In this document: one piece after another, positions 1 to 12,578 of the stretch
Layout of the letters: each line of letters opens with the position of its first letter
Numbering within the stretch: position 1 is the first letter of the stretch
NCBI GenBank assembly: GCA_905331295.1
Contig: CAJNYD010000056.1
Location: 186,001 to 250,000 of the forward strand
Direction: 5' to 3'
DNA length: 64,000 bases
Origin: Rotaria socialis
Taxonomy: Eukaryota
Translations under genes and position numbers: made by a program
Notes under the pieces: generated by a model
What the model was told of the DNA's origin: nothing
Databases searched by the model: none
Seen by the model: the letters and a program-made list of their open reading frames with translations, nothing else

Positions 1-1145
1 TTGCGACAAAAAAAACGAATTAAAAAATAACTGTATTGAATTTGATTGGATCATTAGCGGAACATTGTTACATGCTTTGCAACCGATAGAGACAAACAAG
101 TAGCCATCTCAATGTATAGACAATTAATTTTGATTTTATTGTAAAATATATTCATTGTTTAGTTTGGTTTTTTCATGTTTGAGATGATGGATTTATCTTT
201 ATTTATGGTAAACTTATATGTAAATAATGAGAACTAAACTCTTTCAATAAAGATCAAATATAGGTAAATGAAATTTCCTAGCGACGTATGACCCAGTAAG
301 TTTTTTCAAGAAATTTCAACACAGATTTTTTTTTCTATCACAATAATAAGTTAGAGAGGAATCATTTATTAAATTGCTTTACGATCGGTTATCATGTGCC
401 TTGAGATGATACTCGACATGTATCTAGAGTCATGACCGTGAACTGCAAAGCATTATTAGTACTGAACTTTTACGTATTTTTTGTCAACGTTTAATGTGTT
501 TAAAGGGGATAAATAAAAGATGACACTCAACATCACATGGATGAACAAACTATAATAGCAGACTTCTACAATAACTTTTCAATATACTTTAATAGAACTC
601 GGATCACATCGATAAATATCATTATTTTTTCGACAATTTGCACCAAATATTCAAATATCAGATGATTTTTTCCTTGTGGGTGAACGAAGTCTTTTTTTTA
701 ATTTTCTTACGCAAAAATATCAATTTAAAAACTAATCGAAATGCACTGTTTCATGTTGAGAAATGAAGATATTGTAATTCAATAATCTTTTTCCAGAAAA
801 CTATCATCACATAAATTATGCATAGATCCAAAATAGAAACTAACATTTCATTGAAAATGAAAGTGTCAGTTAAAATTTTCTCAATTTTTATTTATTCATC
901 AGTATACAATGATAAAACCAATCGTTTCCAAATAAACTTCAACACACGTACGCATTGCACAAATTTTTCGAAAAGAATAAATAAGTTAAAATATTTTTAT
1001 AATGTATTGATTTCACCCATTATGTTGATACGTCGATTTTGACATTTTTTCACAGAAATTTCTTTCGCTACCTAAAACTATTTCATAGAAATCTTTTATC
1101 CATTTAAAGAAAAATCGATGTAACCTGTTCTTTCAATTGTTTAGT

Positions 1146-1245
1146 NNNNNNNNNNNNNNNNNNNNNNNNNNNNNNNNNNNNNNNNNNNNNNNNNNNNNNN
1201 NNNNNNNNNNNNNNNNNNNNNNNNNNNNNNNNNNNNNNNNNNNNN
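1146..1245. other. Assembly gap (100 N)
   Basis: Run of N; cuts off the repeat copy to its right. Confidence 0.99.
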
Positions 1246-1494
1246 TTTTTTGAAAAATCCCTGTACCCTCCCTCAGGGATGGTCTGGTCAATAATGACAA
1301 TTTTTTCGATAACTCAACCATTTCTTGACGGATCCTTCTCATCTTCGAACTCGACTGAGACATTGATCAGGCTGAGCTGTGTAGAAAATTTCATCATGAT
1401 CTAACTCTCCTTTCGAAAGTTATCGTGTAAACGGCCGGCCGGACGGACACACTGACCGATTCTAGAGTGTACTCACGTTTTGAGTACACAAAAA
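1246..1494 (-). mobile_element. HINE/DINE-1-like non-autonomous Helentron element, family A, copy 1 (truncated by the gap)
   Basis: Closely similar to 33525-33770. Terminal hairpin GTGTACTCA-cgttt-TGAGTACAC (1467-1489) next to an A-run, plus a (GACG/GCCG)n tract. Confidence 0.7.
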
Positions 1495-1664
1495 GAACTT
1501 ATTAGCTGTGAAATACTAATCATCATCTGTAATACCAGCACAATGTACGAATGAGAAACATAAATAGCAAACTAATTTTCCTTTCATAAAGTATTCAACT
1601 TCAAATATAAATCCATACAATTTTCTCTTGTGACTTTCTACCCAAGCATCAAAGCAAAACAACA

Positions 1665-2340
1665 ATGAGCGATGACATTATTACACGATTGGCCCTCATC
1701 TCTCTTCAACTCAATCGAATTGTACCAATATTTCAAATTGAATTTGGCACAGTCGGAAATATCATGAATATTCTTATTTTTACACGTCGATCTCATCGTA
1801 ACAATCCATGCTTGCTTTATTTTTTGGCATCATCGTTCAATAACATCTTTGTCTTATATATTGCTGCGTTGACACGTTTTCTTTCAAGTGGCTGGAAAAT
1901 AGATCAAACCATTTCAAATACTGCTCTTTGCAAATTAAGAATATTTTGTTGTCTATTCTTCTCTTGCTCTCATTCAATGGTTTATGGCTCTTGCAAGTAT
2001 CGATCGGCATCTCTTGAGTTGTCAAAATGCTCGATATCGACAAATGAGTAGTTTACCAATAGCTCGAAAAACTATTGTAATATATTCATTTATAATTATG
2101 CAATAGCATTTCAAATATTTTTTCTTGTTATAACATGTGCTTTCCCACCGATACCCATGGGTGTATTTGGTGCATTAGCAATCTTCAATGTTAAACGACT
2201 TCGAAAGCAAGTATCTCCACAAAATAATGATGCTTGAAGTGATCGTTTACGTTCTAAAAATCGTCAAATGATTATAATGCTTCTAGTTCAAGTTCTTATA
2301 ACGATTCTTTGTACACTTCCATTTTCGGTCGTGAATACTC
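1665..2340 (+). pseudogene. Rhodopsin-like (class A) GPCR pseudogene 1
   Basis: TM1-TM2 motif GTVGNIMNILIFTRRSHRNNPC. A +1 frameshift near 1945 is followed by ...ALASIDRHLLSCQNARYRQMS in another frame. TM4/ECL2 is deleted relative to the paralog, there is an in-frame TGA near 2235, and the sequence breaks off in TM6. Confidence 0.8.
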
Positions 2341-2591
2341 AGAAAGCAAAAAAGGTGTCATACTGAACCTTTTAAGGCTCTAGAGTAGTAAAATGTAACT
2401 CACCACACTCAATTAGTCTAGTACTCCAGACTAATGTTTTATCCAACCGTTAATTTCATATTTAATCCCTTATTCCTAACCTAAACCCTAATTTCTGCCT
2501 ACAGAATATTATTTGATATTCGTCTAATGTTTTAAGTAAGATTAATTTCATTATAGAAAAGCGTCTTTTTTGTTGCATTGATTTTGAAATC

Positions 2592-3601
2592 ATGTCAACA
2601 TCCACGGGTGATCTTCCTGGACGTTTAGTACTTATTTCATTCAAACTCAATCGTATTATTCCTATACTTCTACTTATTCTTGGCACAGTTGATAATATTA
2701 TGAATATTCTAATATTTACTCGCCGTTCACTTCGTACTAATGCATGTCCATTTTATTTTTTGGCTTCATCAATCAATAATTTGTTTGTTCTCAGTGTTGC
2801 TTTACTTATACTTCTTCTGTCAAGTGGTTTGCAAATCGATCCGTCGAATTTAAATATTGTACTTTGAAAATTAAGAATTCTCTTTGTTTATTCATCTATA
2901 TGTTTTATACCATGGTTTATAGTATTGGCGAAAATCGTTCGATATCGACAAATGAGCGATTTACCGATGGCTAGAAAAGCACCTGAATACATCATTTTAA
3001 TTGTAGGATTAACTCATTTTCATGCATTGATTTGGTGGACAGTTGATTCTATTGACAATGATCCCTACTGTAATCTTTTTATAGATGATAATGAAATAGC
3101 TTTTCAAGTCTTTTTTTAACGTTTACTTGTACTTTCACGCTGGTTCTTATGATGATTTTTGGTTTACTCATGATTTCAAATGCTCGAAAACGTCATATGC
3201 AAATAGCAGCAGATAACAATACTCGAAGAAAAGATCTTTCACGTTCTAAAGATCGTCAATTAATACGAATGCTATTAGTACAAGTAATTATTGTTATATG
3301 TTGTACGGCGCCATTTGCAACTGTTAACATTTTTTATAAGATGGTGAGATATGCAGATGAACCAGCGTATAATCGTAAGATTAAACTATTTTTTGACAAT
3401 ATTTGTCGATTAATATTATATTTTAATCCAATGATTGAATTTTATATTTATACATTATCTAGTCGAGCATTTCGTACTGAAATCAAGCGTGTTATGAAAC
3501 GTGGATGTAAATTTGTATATGAAAAATTTGGTTTACAACAATGCTTTTCCAAACGTCAACAAAATCAAATAGTTGTATTAAGTTTAAGTGTAAGTCAATA
3601 A
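2592..3601 (+). pseudogene. Rhodopsin-like GPCR pseudogene 2 (tandem paralog)
   Basis: Paralog of 1665-2340. TGA at 2865-2867 replaces the Cys of LCKLRI, the DRx motif is deleted, and there is a frameshift at the T-run ~3110-3117. TM6-TM7 (KDRQLIRMLLVQV...FYIYTLSSRAFR) is intact. Confidence 0.8.
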
Positions 3602-4005
3602 CAATATTTAAATTTAAAATCGGAATTATTTACGTTTGATTTTTATCAGTTCAACAATAACAATCTTTTTACGTACTGATTCACTTTAAAAAAAGAAAAA
3701 TGAAATTTTATTTTCAAGAGGAGTTTTTCTCGTTGTTATTTATATACTCTGTTTTTTTTCGTAACTAAGTATTTAATTGCTAAAGATGAAACATGAATAA
3801 CCGTATGCCGTTGGCAACATTTCCGTTTGTTGATTTGAATACATACAAAATTTGCAGTGTAATAGTGACGCATAACAATCAAAAGTTAATGTTAAATGGA
3901 AACCAAAAGAAAAGGGCTTGACTTTTTTCTTGCATTTATGTTTCTTTTCATTTTTATGTAAAACATGGCATTAGCATACCTTAAAATTTTCTTAAATATT
4001 CTTTT

Positions 4006-4984
4006 TCCTATTATGTAATATTGCTCTTTTTCTTTTGTTACAATTTCGATGCTTTTTCCGCTGTAAAAAATGAAAACAAAAAACAACGAATATTATTCAT
4101 TATATACTTCGGTACAGTTTTTCTGTCTGTATGTATATACATATATTTATGTTATAAATGCAAACAAAAAGAAAGTAGCACAAACCCGTAATATTCTTCT
4201 GAATAAATTAAAAAAAACATACGGAAAAGAACATGCATTTATTCAATAAAGCCACAATCGACACGTGGTACTACATGAGTTAAATCAAGTTTTTCATCGC
4301 GAATTTCTACATTACCGCCAGCTGGTTTATAATCGACATTATCTAGTGAACCAATTTTAGGTTGAACATCCCATGTTAGTTTTTCTGTTCGTACAGTAAC
4401 TTGGGGCGTTGGTGGAGACCAACTAGCGTTGGCAAGTGAATTGATTTTTGATGATGCATTCCATTGTACAGCTTCGTCTCTGATTGATATTTGANTCCTA
4501 TTATGTAATATTGCTCTTTTTCTTTTGTTACAATTTCGATGCTTTTTCCGCTGTAAAAAATGAAAACAAAAAACAACGAATATTATTCATTATATACTTC
4601 GGTACAGTTTTTCAGTCTGTATGTATATACATATATTTATGTTATAAATGCAAACAAAAAGAAAGTAGCACAAACCCGTAATATTCTTCTGAATAAATTT
4701 AAAAAAACATACGGAAAAGAACATGCATTTATTCAATAAAGCCACAATCGACACGTGGTACTACATGAGCTAAATCAAGTTTTTCATCGCGAATTTCTAC
4801 ATTACCGCCAGCTGGTTTATAATCGACATTATCTAGTGAACCAATTTTAGGTTGAACATCCCATTTTAGTTTTTCTGTTCGCACAGTAACTTGGGGCGTT
4901 GGTGGAGACCAACTAGCGTTGACAAGTGAATTGATTTTTGATGATGCATTCCATTGTACAGCTTCGTCTCTGATTGATATTTGA
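4006..4984. repeat. 489-bp near-identical tandem duplication separated by one N (probably two alleles or overlapping contig ends)
   Basis: 4006-4494 matches 4496-4984 with about 6 substitutions; the junction is an N at 4495. Confidence 0.9.
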
Positions 4985-5550
4985 CCGCCACCAGGTTGAT
5001 ATTGAATATTAGCTAATGAACCAACTTTCGATGTTACATGTTTATATTTTCCATCTTGAGAACGTATATGAACTTCGTTTCGTTTAGGTGACCACCATAA
5101 TTTACGAATCTAAATAAATCAGTGTTTTTTATTTTGCTATTATTTTCTAGAAATAATATCATTATATATTTACCCTTTGATTGCTCTCACTTGAAGCTGT
5201 TCTTGTGATTTGAGATGATTTTCCATTCAAGTTAACAGGGCCACCATTAATTGTTTTTTTCATTGTTGTTGTAGTACTCATCGTTTTGGTAATATATTTT
5301 TTTGGAACAGTTGAAGAAGGCTTACTACTCAACAAGGAACGACGTATAGAATTCAAGTCGTTGTTTGAATTATGCCGAAATACTCTAGCTGGAGGGGGCA
5401 CTATAGGAGGTAGATGCTCACTTTCTATTGTGTTCGATGAAACTTCGGATGGTGTTGCTGGCAAACGTCGTTTCTGTTGTCTTGAAAGTGTTGACGCTCT
5501 CGATGACAAAACAGCAGCAGTACTTGGCTGTTGATGCAACCCTTTACTTG
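4729..5550 (-). CDS. Tau/MAP2/MAP4-family microtubule-associated protein (5' end unresolved)
   Basis: Exons ~5550-5174 (Ser/Pro/Arg-rich) and 5109-4729 splice in frame (ESNQR|IRKLW). Tubulin-binding repeats VTSKVGSLANIQYQPGGG and VQPKIGSLDNVDYKPAGG; stop at 4729-4731. Confidence 0.85.
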
Positions 5551-5751
5551 CTAAAAAATGCGTTTGGTACGCCGTTTTTTGCTTTCGACTTTACTAATGG
5601 AATGAAGTGTGAAAAAGAATCGTAGTTGCAGTCACCCTTATCGAGATGATGATGAACGATAATGCCATCAAACAAAACGGTTGCTGTTGTTGTTGTTTAT
5701 ACAGGTAAAAACACCGTCAAGCCATTGTTGTTATTTTACGTGTAGGTTAAA

Positions 5752-5756
5752 AAAGA

Positions 5757-5787
<31 letters not shown>

Positions 5788-5797
5788 GAGAGAGAGA
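5752..5797. repeat. GA-rich microsatellite
   Basis: (AAAGAG)n grading into (AG)n. Confidence 0.9.
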
Positions 5798-6290
5798 CAC
5801 ATCGAGAGAGCAATATTAAAATCACGCAAAAAAATTGTCGCATTGAAAGAGAATGATCGGAAGAAAGATTGAGAGAAAGCTTCTTTCAATTAGAAAAAAG
5901 AAATCATGATTGAAAATGATCGCTTTTATAAGGAAACACAATAAATAGCCGTTTCTACTTTTTTCCTCGACTGTGTTTCTATTCCTGTTATTGAAAGAAG
6001 CTTACGGGAATTGATTTTTGTGCTGTTGTTGGTTCAAATAAAGTAATCGATCCATTTAAGATTTCATTAGTGATACTTCCAAGGTTAAACATAGAATATG
6101 AATATATTAGCGATTTTATCAAATGATCTTAATAAATAAAATATGATCGGATGACTTTTTTGTCTATTGATTTATCATCAAATATCGTTCGATGCAATGA
6201 GAAAAATGACACGTGTTAGTACGTCTTAAAACAAAAAACAGCTCCTAAGATATTTTAAGAGAAAATTTATTTTTATTGTATTCAATCGAA

Positions 6291-6861
6291 ATGATTTTCA
6301 TGAAAATTTTATTATTTTTCATTACTATCCATACTTCAATAGCAACACTAAATCAAATTCAAGATCAAATCGATCGATTAACGAAAAGTACACAAGAAAA
6401 AATTTTCAATACTCTCCTATTATCATCATCGAGAAATGATCTAAAAGATACCGGTGACAATTGGTGCTGTAAAATCGATCATGGTGTTACAGCAGTATCA
6501 CAAACACGACAAACAACATTCTATGTACATAGAGAATTTCTAAATAAACAGTTCATTTTATTTTCTTATTTAGATACTTAAAAGTGGCCGTCATAAATGT
6601 GGCTATGATGGATGTGGTTTTCTTGGATGGAGTCGTTGTACACGTTGGTGTTCTGAAACTTGGTTAGAAGTACAACATGGTGTTGAAACTTATGTAGTTT
6701 ATACAGAGAATATCTGCCCCAATGATCAAATTGTATGCTGCGCACAACATATTTATGCACTCGGTCATTGCTTTTCATTTACAGAAATTTATAATAATCA
6801 ACAACTATTGGCAGATTTACATGAATTAGGAATTGTTATTCCAGGTCCTTCTATTGGCTGA
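6291..6861 (+). CDS. Small secreted cysteine-rich protein, EMI-domain-like (2 exons, ~170 aa)
   Basis: Signal-like MIFMKILLFFITIHTSIA; intron 6525-6573 (GT..AG, phase 0). Exon 2 reads HKCGYDGCGFLGWSRCTRWC...CPNDQIVCCAQHIYALGHC...PSIG*. Confidence 0.75.
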
Positions 6862-6951
6862 GAACAGAAAGAATATAAGCTTTCTTTTTTATTTAATTGT
6901 CTAAACAGTAAGACAAAGAAAGAAATAATACATCTATGAGATTGATAATGA

Positions 6952-8524
6952 TTAAACTATGTTAGTTATAAATGGAGATAATAATTGAATGGGTCGATTG
7001 ATATAATGAATATATGCTAATTGTGGAATAACAATGTTTACATTTAAGGGACTATAACTATTATTGATTACTATTTGTTGACGATAGATTTCATAGCCTC
7101 GATAGAAGACCTAAATATTCAATCTTGTTTTTTATAAATTATATTTTCATCTTTCTTACCTTTAGAGTATAGACGCCTGGTAAAAGTATTCTCCAGAATT
7201 CTCCTAGTGGCGTTACATTAACAACAGGTCGCCTATTGTCAATCATTACTTGTGTTAATGGAATAGATTGATGAAACTCATCGCGTATGAGACCTTTGAC
7301 TCCTAAACAAAAACTAATTTCTTTCTAAGAATTTTTGTCTGTGCTTTCAACGATCAAACCTCTTTGCGCTTGCAATAAAAGTTCAATCATAGCATCACGA
7401 TTGTAATTCCAATAGGAAGCCAATAAATTCTCATATGGATATTTACAACATGATATTTCCATTGTCATTTCAATAGTACCATAATTTAAATAGCCATAAT
7501 CTTGCATACTACCAACGATTTCATACCAATCAGCACCACGTATAACTGTACCGATTTCATCTGTTCTTGAATCGCAATATTTATTTGTTTGCGATATTCG
7601 ACTAATATAAGATCTGCCGATCATTTGATAAATATCATCATCACTACTAGTTGAGACTTTTCCAGTATCTAGAAGAAAAAACGCTTTCACATTCGAATGA
7701 TAAAATAAAATATTTATACAATAACGATCATAAGGAACATTAATCATAAATGCACCACCGTGGTAATTTGCTGAAAGAACAAACGGTACAGCATGGAGCC
7801 AAGACATGATTGCACTGGTTTCTACAGCACGATTTGATGAAGGAAATGGAACACCAAGATAATCGGGAAAATTTCGATTTAGATCAATATTATTTAATGT
7901 ATTTCTAAAAATTTTCTATATGAAAGTCTGAAGATAAACATTTCTTTTGTTTTTACCTTCCACCTGTGGATCCGCAATCACCTTGTTGTGATAATTCGAA
8001 ACCATCAGGGTTCATCGATGGCATAATCCATATTCGAGCATTATTCATGAGTTCGATAACTTGATTGTCATTTGATGTTAAAAGATATTCAACTAAGTAT
8101 AATAATACTTGTAGACCAATGGCTTCGTTTCCATGCATATTTCCAATATATTTAACTTCTGGACGTAATAAAATATGTTCATTGGGAGAATATGAACTTA
8201 ATGCTACAGCCCATAATGATCGTCCTGACGAATAAAGTTATCGAACAGTTTTAAAAGGTAATTTCTATTTTACATACCTCCTTGACTTTTTCCTACTTCA
8301 TATAATATCGCTTTCGATGGATAACGAGAAGTGATATCATGAAGAAAATTAGTCATTTTTGAATAATTATAATAATGAAAATAATATGCTTCATTGTTAC
8401 TGAATACACAGAATAGTAGCACTACTATTAAAAAACTTAATTTTGTCTTAAACTATAGAGAAAAAAAACAGGCGATAATATTTTATAGAATATATTTAAG
8501 AAAAACAAAAAATTTTCATACCAT
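6952..8524 (-). CDS. M14B zinc carboxypeptidase (carboxypeptidase D/M/E-like, single catalytic domain plus C-terminal beta domain)
   Basis: Motifs PEVKYIGNMHGNE, MPSMNPDG, DLNRNFPD, LSANYHGGA, GADWYEIVGSMQD, EMTMEISCCKYP, GEFWRILLPG. Exon 1 supplies only the ATG (8522-8524); signal peptide FKTKLSFLIVVLLFCVFS; stop at 6952-6954. Confidence 0.93.
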
Positions 8525-11394
8525 AATGAATTGTTTATCTAATTATTACTGTACATATTGCACTCATCACCACATTGCATCTATCTAAGTATTGACCACC
8601 AACTAGATCGAAAAAGAAATCGTCATAGATTTGTCCGGCTTTTTTTTTCGCTTTTTCTTGTTTAGTAAAAGAATTATACAAAAATTATGTAAGAGGCAAC
8701 ACTTTCTATGTGCTCATGTTGTTGACTTGTGGTTTTATAGTGTTTTTTTCTTCGTTATTTGTTTAGAATTGAAATCGAAAAAGCACGTAGGATATTTTAT
8801 GTCCTTGGAAAAGATACAATTGACTATGGTCGATCTTGAGAGAATACAAATTTGATGAATGATTAGCAGCTATGTATTTAGTTGATTATCAAGCAGACGT
8901 GAAAAGAAAATAATGAGTTGATTTGAAGATTGCAAAAGATTATTATCATGGACGAAGACAGTAGATAAGAAATACTTCAGCATACATAAAATATTAACAT
9001 GTACGTACTTAATATTGTCTCTGGCTTTTATTGATAGATATATAGATTCAATTTTGTAACTTTATGGTAATGGATAACTGAATCAATGGCAAAGTTAGTC
9101 GAAAACAAATGCTATGGTAAGAAAGAAATTGTTTGTCTGGCGATCAGCATGCATAAAGATCATAATGAAGCAGTTGAGGTTGAAGAATTACTCTGATATT
9201 ATGTATAACAGTAGGATGTTAAGATATATTTCATGTTGACATTTATCTCTGTTGACACCAACAAAGGGTGTCCCAAAAATTAAGCAGAAAAACAAGCATA
9301 ATTATCGCATAAAATACTGAAGTAATTTAGACTTGTTTTGTTTTAGTTATATTTTCACGATATTATTAGTTAAATCGAAATAATTCGGTAGGCAGTCGGT
9401 TTTGAAATTCTATTAACTATTCTACCCAACGAAATATTTGCTTATCATTGAGGTTTTCGTGTCAGACGATCGTTTTCGTTTTGAAGCCTTTCAAAGTCCC
9501 ATGAACTCATCACTAAAACAACTTCATCGAAAAAGTGTAAACATCTTTAGTATGTTTTACATCTAGATTTTTCTCATTCTAATTCAGCGAACATGTCTGG
9601 TTTGATAATTGCAGAGAAGTTGAAGGCGATCACGGATTATTCAGTGACATGAATGCACTAGACCTATCTTTTCAGTAGTATCTATAAGTATTTTCAAAGA
9701 CTCAAATTTATATTCTATTCAAGCTGTTCTTATTTTTATTGAATTAAATTATATACAATCTTGAATTTAACATTTAACTAAAATATCAACTTTTTCAAAA
9801 CAACAACATTGACTATGAAGAGGCTTACGATTTTAAATATAAATTGTTGATTCATATAGAAAGTGACATTACACTAGCAGGAGAAGTATTGCACAGTTTT
9901 ATTTTGTTACGCGACGGATTCTCATACCTATGTCCACTTTTCTGTCATCCTAAATTTACATAAGCACACTTACTTCCAAACCTGACAAAAAGTGAAACAA
10001 AAATAAATTCAACATAAAATAAATAAAGTGTAATAATAATAAATATTGTTCCTCAGGTATCTATTTACTATATTTTTTTAAATACAAAAAAGAAATTCGA
10101 AGTTTATTCTCATCTCGGAATAAGAATAAAAACACTCAACATAGTGATGCTGGAGGTCTTCAAATCTATTATGCTCAAAGCATATATTTTTTCCGCGATA
10201 GTTTGCTTTTATAATCTTGCTCGTGCAAGTAGACAAGCGATAGAAAACAAACACTCTCAATTCATAACGTTCCGAGCAATGTTTATTTTTCTGAGTTTTG
10301 TACATTGTCACAGGCGAATGAAATTTTTTGCGAAAGTAAATAAAGAGAGAGAGCTTAACTCTTCAAGGCTATAGAGCACTTGGCTTCCTCTCAAATCTAT
10401 TTCAAGGACAGACACAACACTGCAACACGGTTTTGTTTTTGTTTACAAACATATAGAAGCTTATGAAATACGAAAAATTAATAATACATCTGAACATATA
10501 ATACAGCAATGATAGCCTAATAAATAAACAGATCTTTTTGTCAATGAATCCTGTTCTAGAACTAGCAAAGATTAGTTTGAACTAATTTTTATTCAACCAA
10601 TAGCTAGTAATCAATGAGTATTTATAACCTAAAGTAATCTTTTTATGAAGGTATTTGTGTGGGTTCATTTACTTACAAGAAATTATTCTCAAATAAATTT
10701 ATTTTCAACTACATTAGTTCACAAACTTCTATGAGCAGTACTATCGTCAAATATGGTTACCCATTCATTCATCAGTTTGTGGAATCGCTAATCATCTAGT
10801 ACATGTTCGTTTAGATGCAAACCTATTGTCTATATTTGATTAAATCGTCCAGCAGAGCAGTTTTTGAATGATGAATACTGTAATAAATTTAAAAAGCAGT
10901 CAAGAAAAGTATTTAATGCAAATGATTTAAATAAACAGAAAAATTGGTACTGTTTTGTATTTTCTATTGATGAGAAGACTAACTATAAGATAAATGCCGT
11001 CGAATAAATTTTCTGTTTAAAATCAAGGAAAGAACAGGTGATTTTACGATTTTCTATTGTACCGTAGATTCGATGGTATCAAACTATTGATATTGTCTAC
11101 GTAACGATAGATAGTCGATACAATAGAATCAACTAAAGAAAATTTTTATCCTTAATTTTAGTATTTATCTAGCTGCATTTCATTATGCAATACAATTAAG
11201 TTTGAAGAATCATATTATTTTGTTTAAATATGATATTTCAAATACGTAGTTATATCTTCTTACAGATCTGTTGTATCATTTGCTAATAACAAAATTCATG
11301 TGAACGAAAGCAAATCTACTGCAAGCAGTTAATAATCCTTTTCTAAATCTTCTTTATTAAAACAACAACAAAAAAATAACAAGATGGAGAAAAA

Positions 11395-12367
11395 CTAATT
11401 ATATTTATTGATAATATTTAAACCATTATGTATTGCTGTATTCAATGGTGAATTTTGTTCATATGGTGAGAATTCTAAATGAATAGCCGATGTACGTTTG
11501 ATAATTGATGAATTAATTTTACTTGTAAGATCCTAGATTGGTTTTTATTTAAGAAAAATTTACAAATGATATTAGTGTTGTCTTACACAAATACTTTCAT
11601 TGGTTCGATTATTGTTACCTAATAGAATATATCATAATGAAAAACAATCGAAATCAAAATAAAGTTTTATACATGCTTTTTAACAAGATCGTCTCATCAT
11701 ATGCATTTGTTTCTGCTGCTTCCATGTCTAAACTACGATCCATTTCATCATCTGGTTCATCTAAATAGAAGATATCGAACACAAGTTTTACATATCGAAG
11801 TTCGATAGAAACTGATCGGTTAGTAAACTTGACTTGGAATCTAACTATTACTCAAGCGCAGCATGTCAATAGTACTGAAGAGCATATGAGAGACGTCTAG
11901 AAATAGTAGTCAGTATCGTACAAACAAAATGTTTAATGAAATAAGAACAAACTAGAATACTAAGAATGAACACAAATGTAATAGAGATAAGCATTGTTAC
12001 GCTACAACTGTTAAATCTAGACACCTATTATGGTTTTTGATTCAAGTTTACAAAAGAAAATACAATTAGTTTGGTAGCATACGTGCTGTTCCATTGAAAT
12101 CGAGTGTATCAGGTACATTGAAACATGCTGGTGGTGGCAATGGTACTTTTCTTTTATTTGTCACAACTACAGAAGGTTCTGGAAAATAATAGATTTCTTA
12201 TAAATTTTCATTGAAACAACTAAAATTCTACCAGGAGTTGATGCAGCAATAGTTTGAGTTATTGAATGGAATTTGACAAATTGTTGTTGCCGACTTAGAT
12301 AATACGTCAGTGGATAACGAGTACGAAGTAATTTATCCAAAAACGATTCTTCTATCGGTTGAGCCAT
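11395..12367 (-). CDS. Uncharacterised ~155-aa protein, 5 exons
   Basis: Approximate exons 12367-12232, 12166-12082, 11760-11677, 11619-11588 and 11533-11395 join into one ORF (MAQPIEESFLDKLLRTRYP...KRKVPLPPPACF...HNGLNIINKYN*) if intron 3 uses a GC donor (gcatgt). Confidence 0.6.
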
Positions 12368-12459
12368 GACGCAATTGTTCGTTGAAACGAAGCGATACGT
12401 ATTATATCAGTGTATGAAAGTCACATTATAGACAAACGATGATGTCGCTACATGCGTCT

Positions 12460-12515
12460 GTTGAAAGTGAACTTTTGATTGGCTGATCGAATTTCACACT
12501 TTGTTTCGCGGGTCT
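12460..12515. promoter_or_regulatory. Putative bidirectional promoter with CCAAT box and E2F-like site
   Basis: About 210 bp separate two divergent ATGs; ATTGG at 12478-12482 and TTTCGCGG at 12504-12511. Confidence 0.35.
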
Positions 12516-12578
12516 TTGTCTTCGGAACCTGTAAGCAGAATTCAATTCTATTTTATCGTTTTCTTCTATATGCATAGC

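Noticed and set aside
1133..1363. ORFs with SQSSSKM(R/K)RIRQEM here and at 33429-33650
   Set aside because: Chance ORFs inside two copies of the same non-coding repeat.
2480..2495. CCTAACCTAAACCCTAA telomere-like motif
   Set aside because: Only 2-3 imperfect units, probably part of a repeat fragment between the GPCRs.
4006..4984. Apparent tandem duplication of the Tau gene 3' end
   Set aside because: The copies meet exactly at a single N and differ by ~1%, typical of unmerged allelic contig overlap rather than a real duplication.
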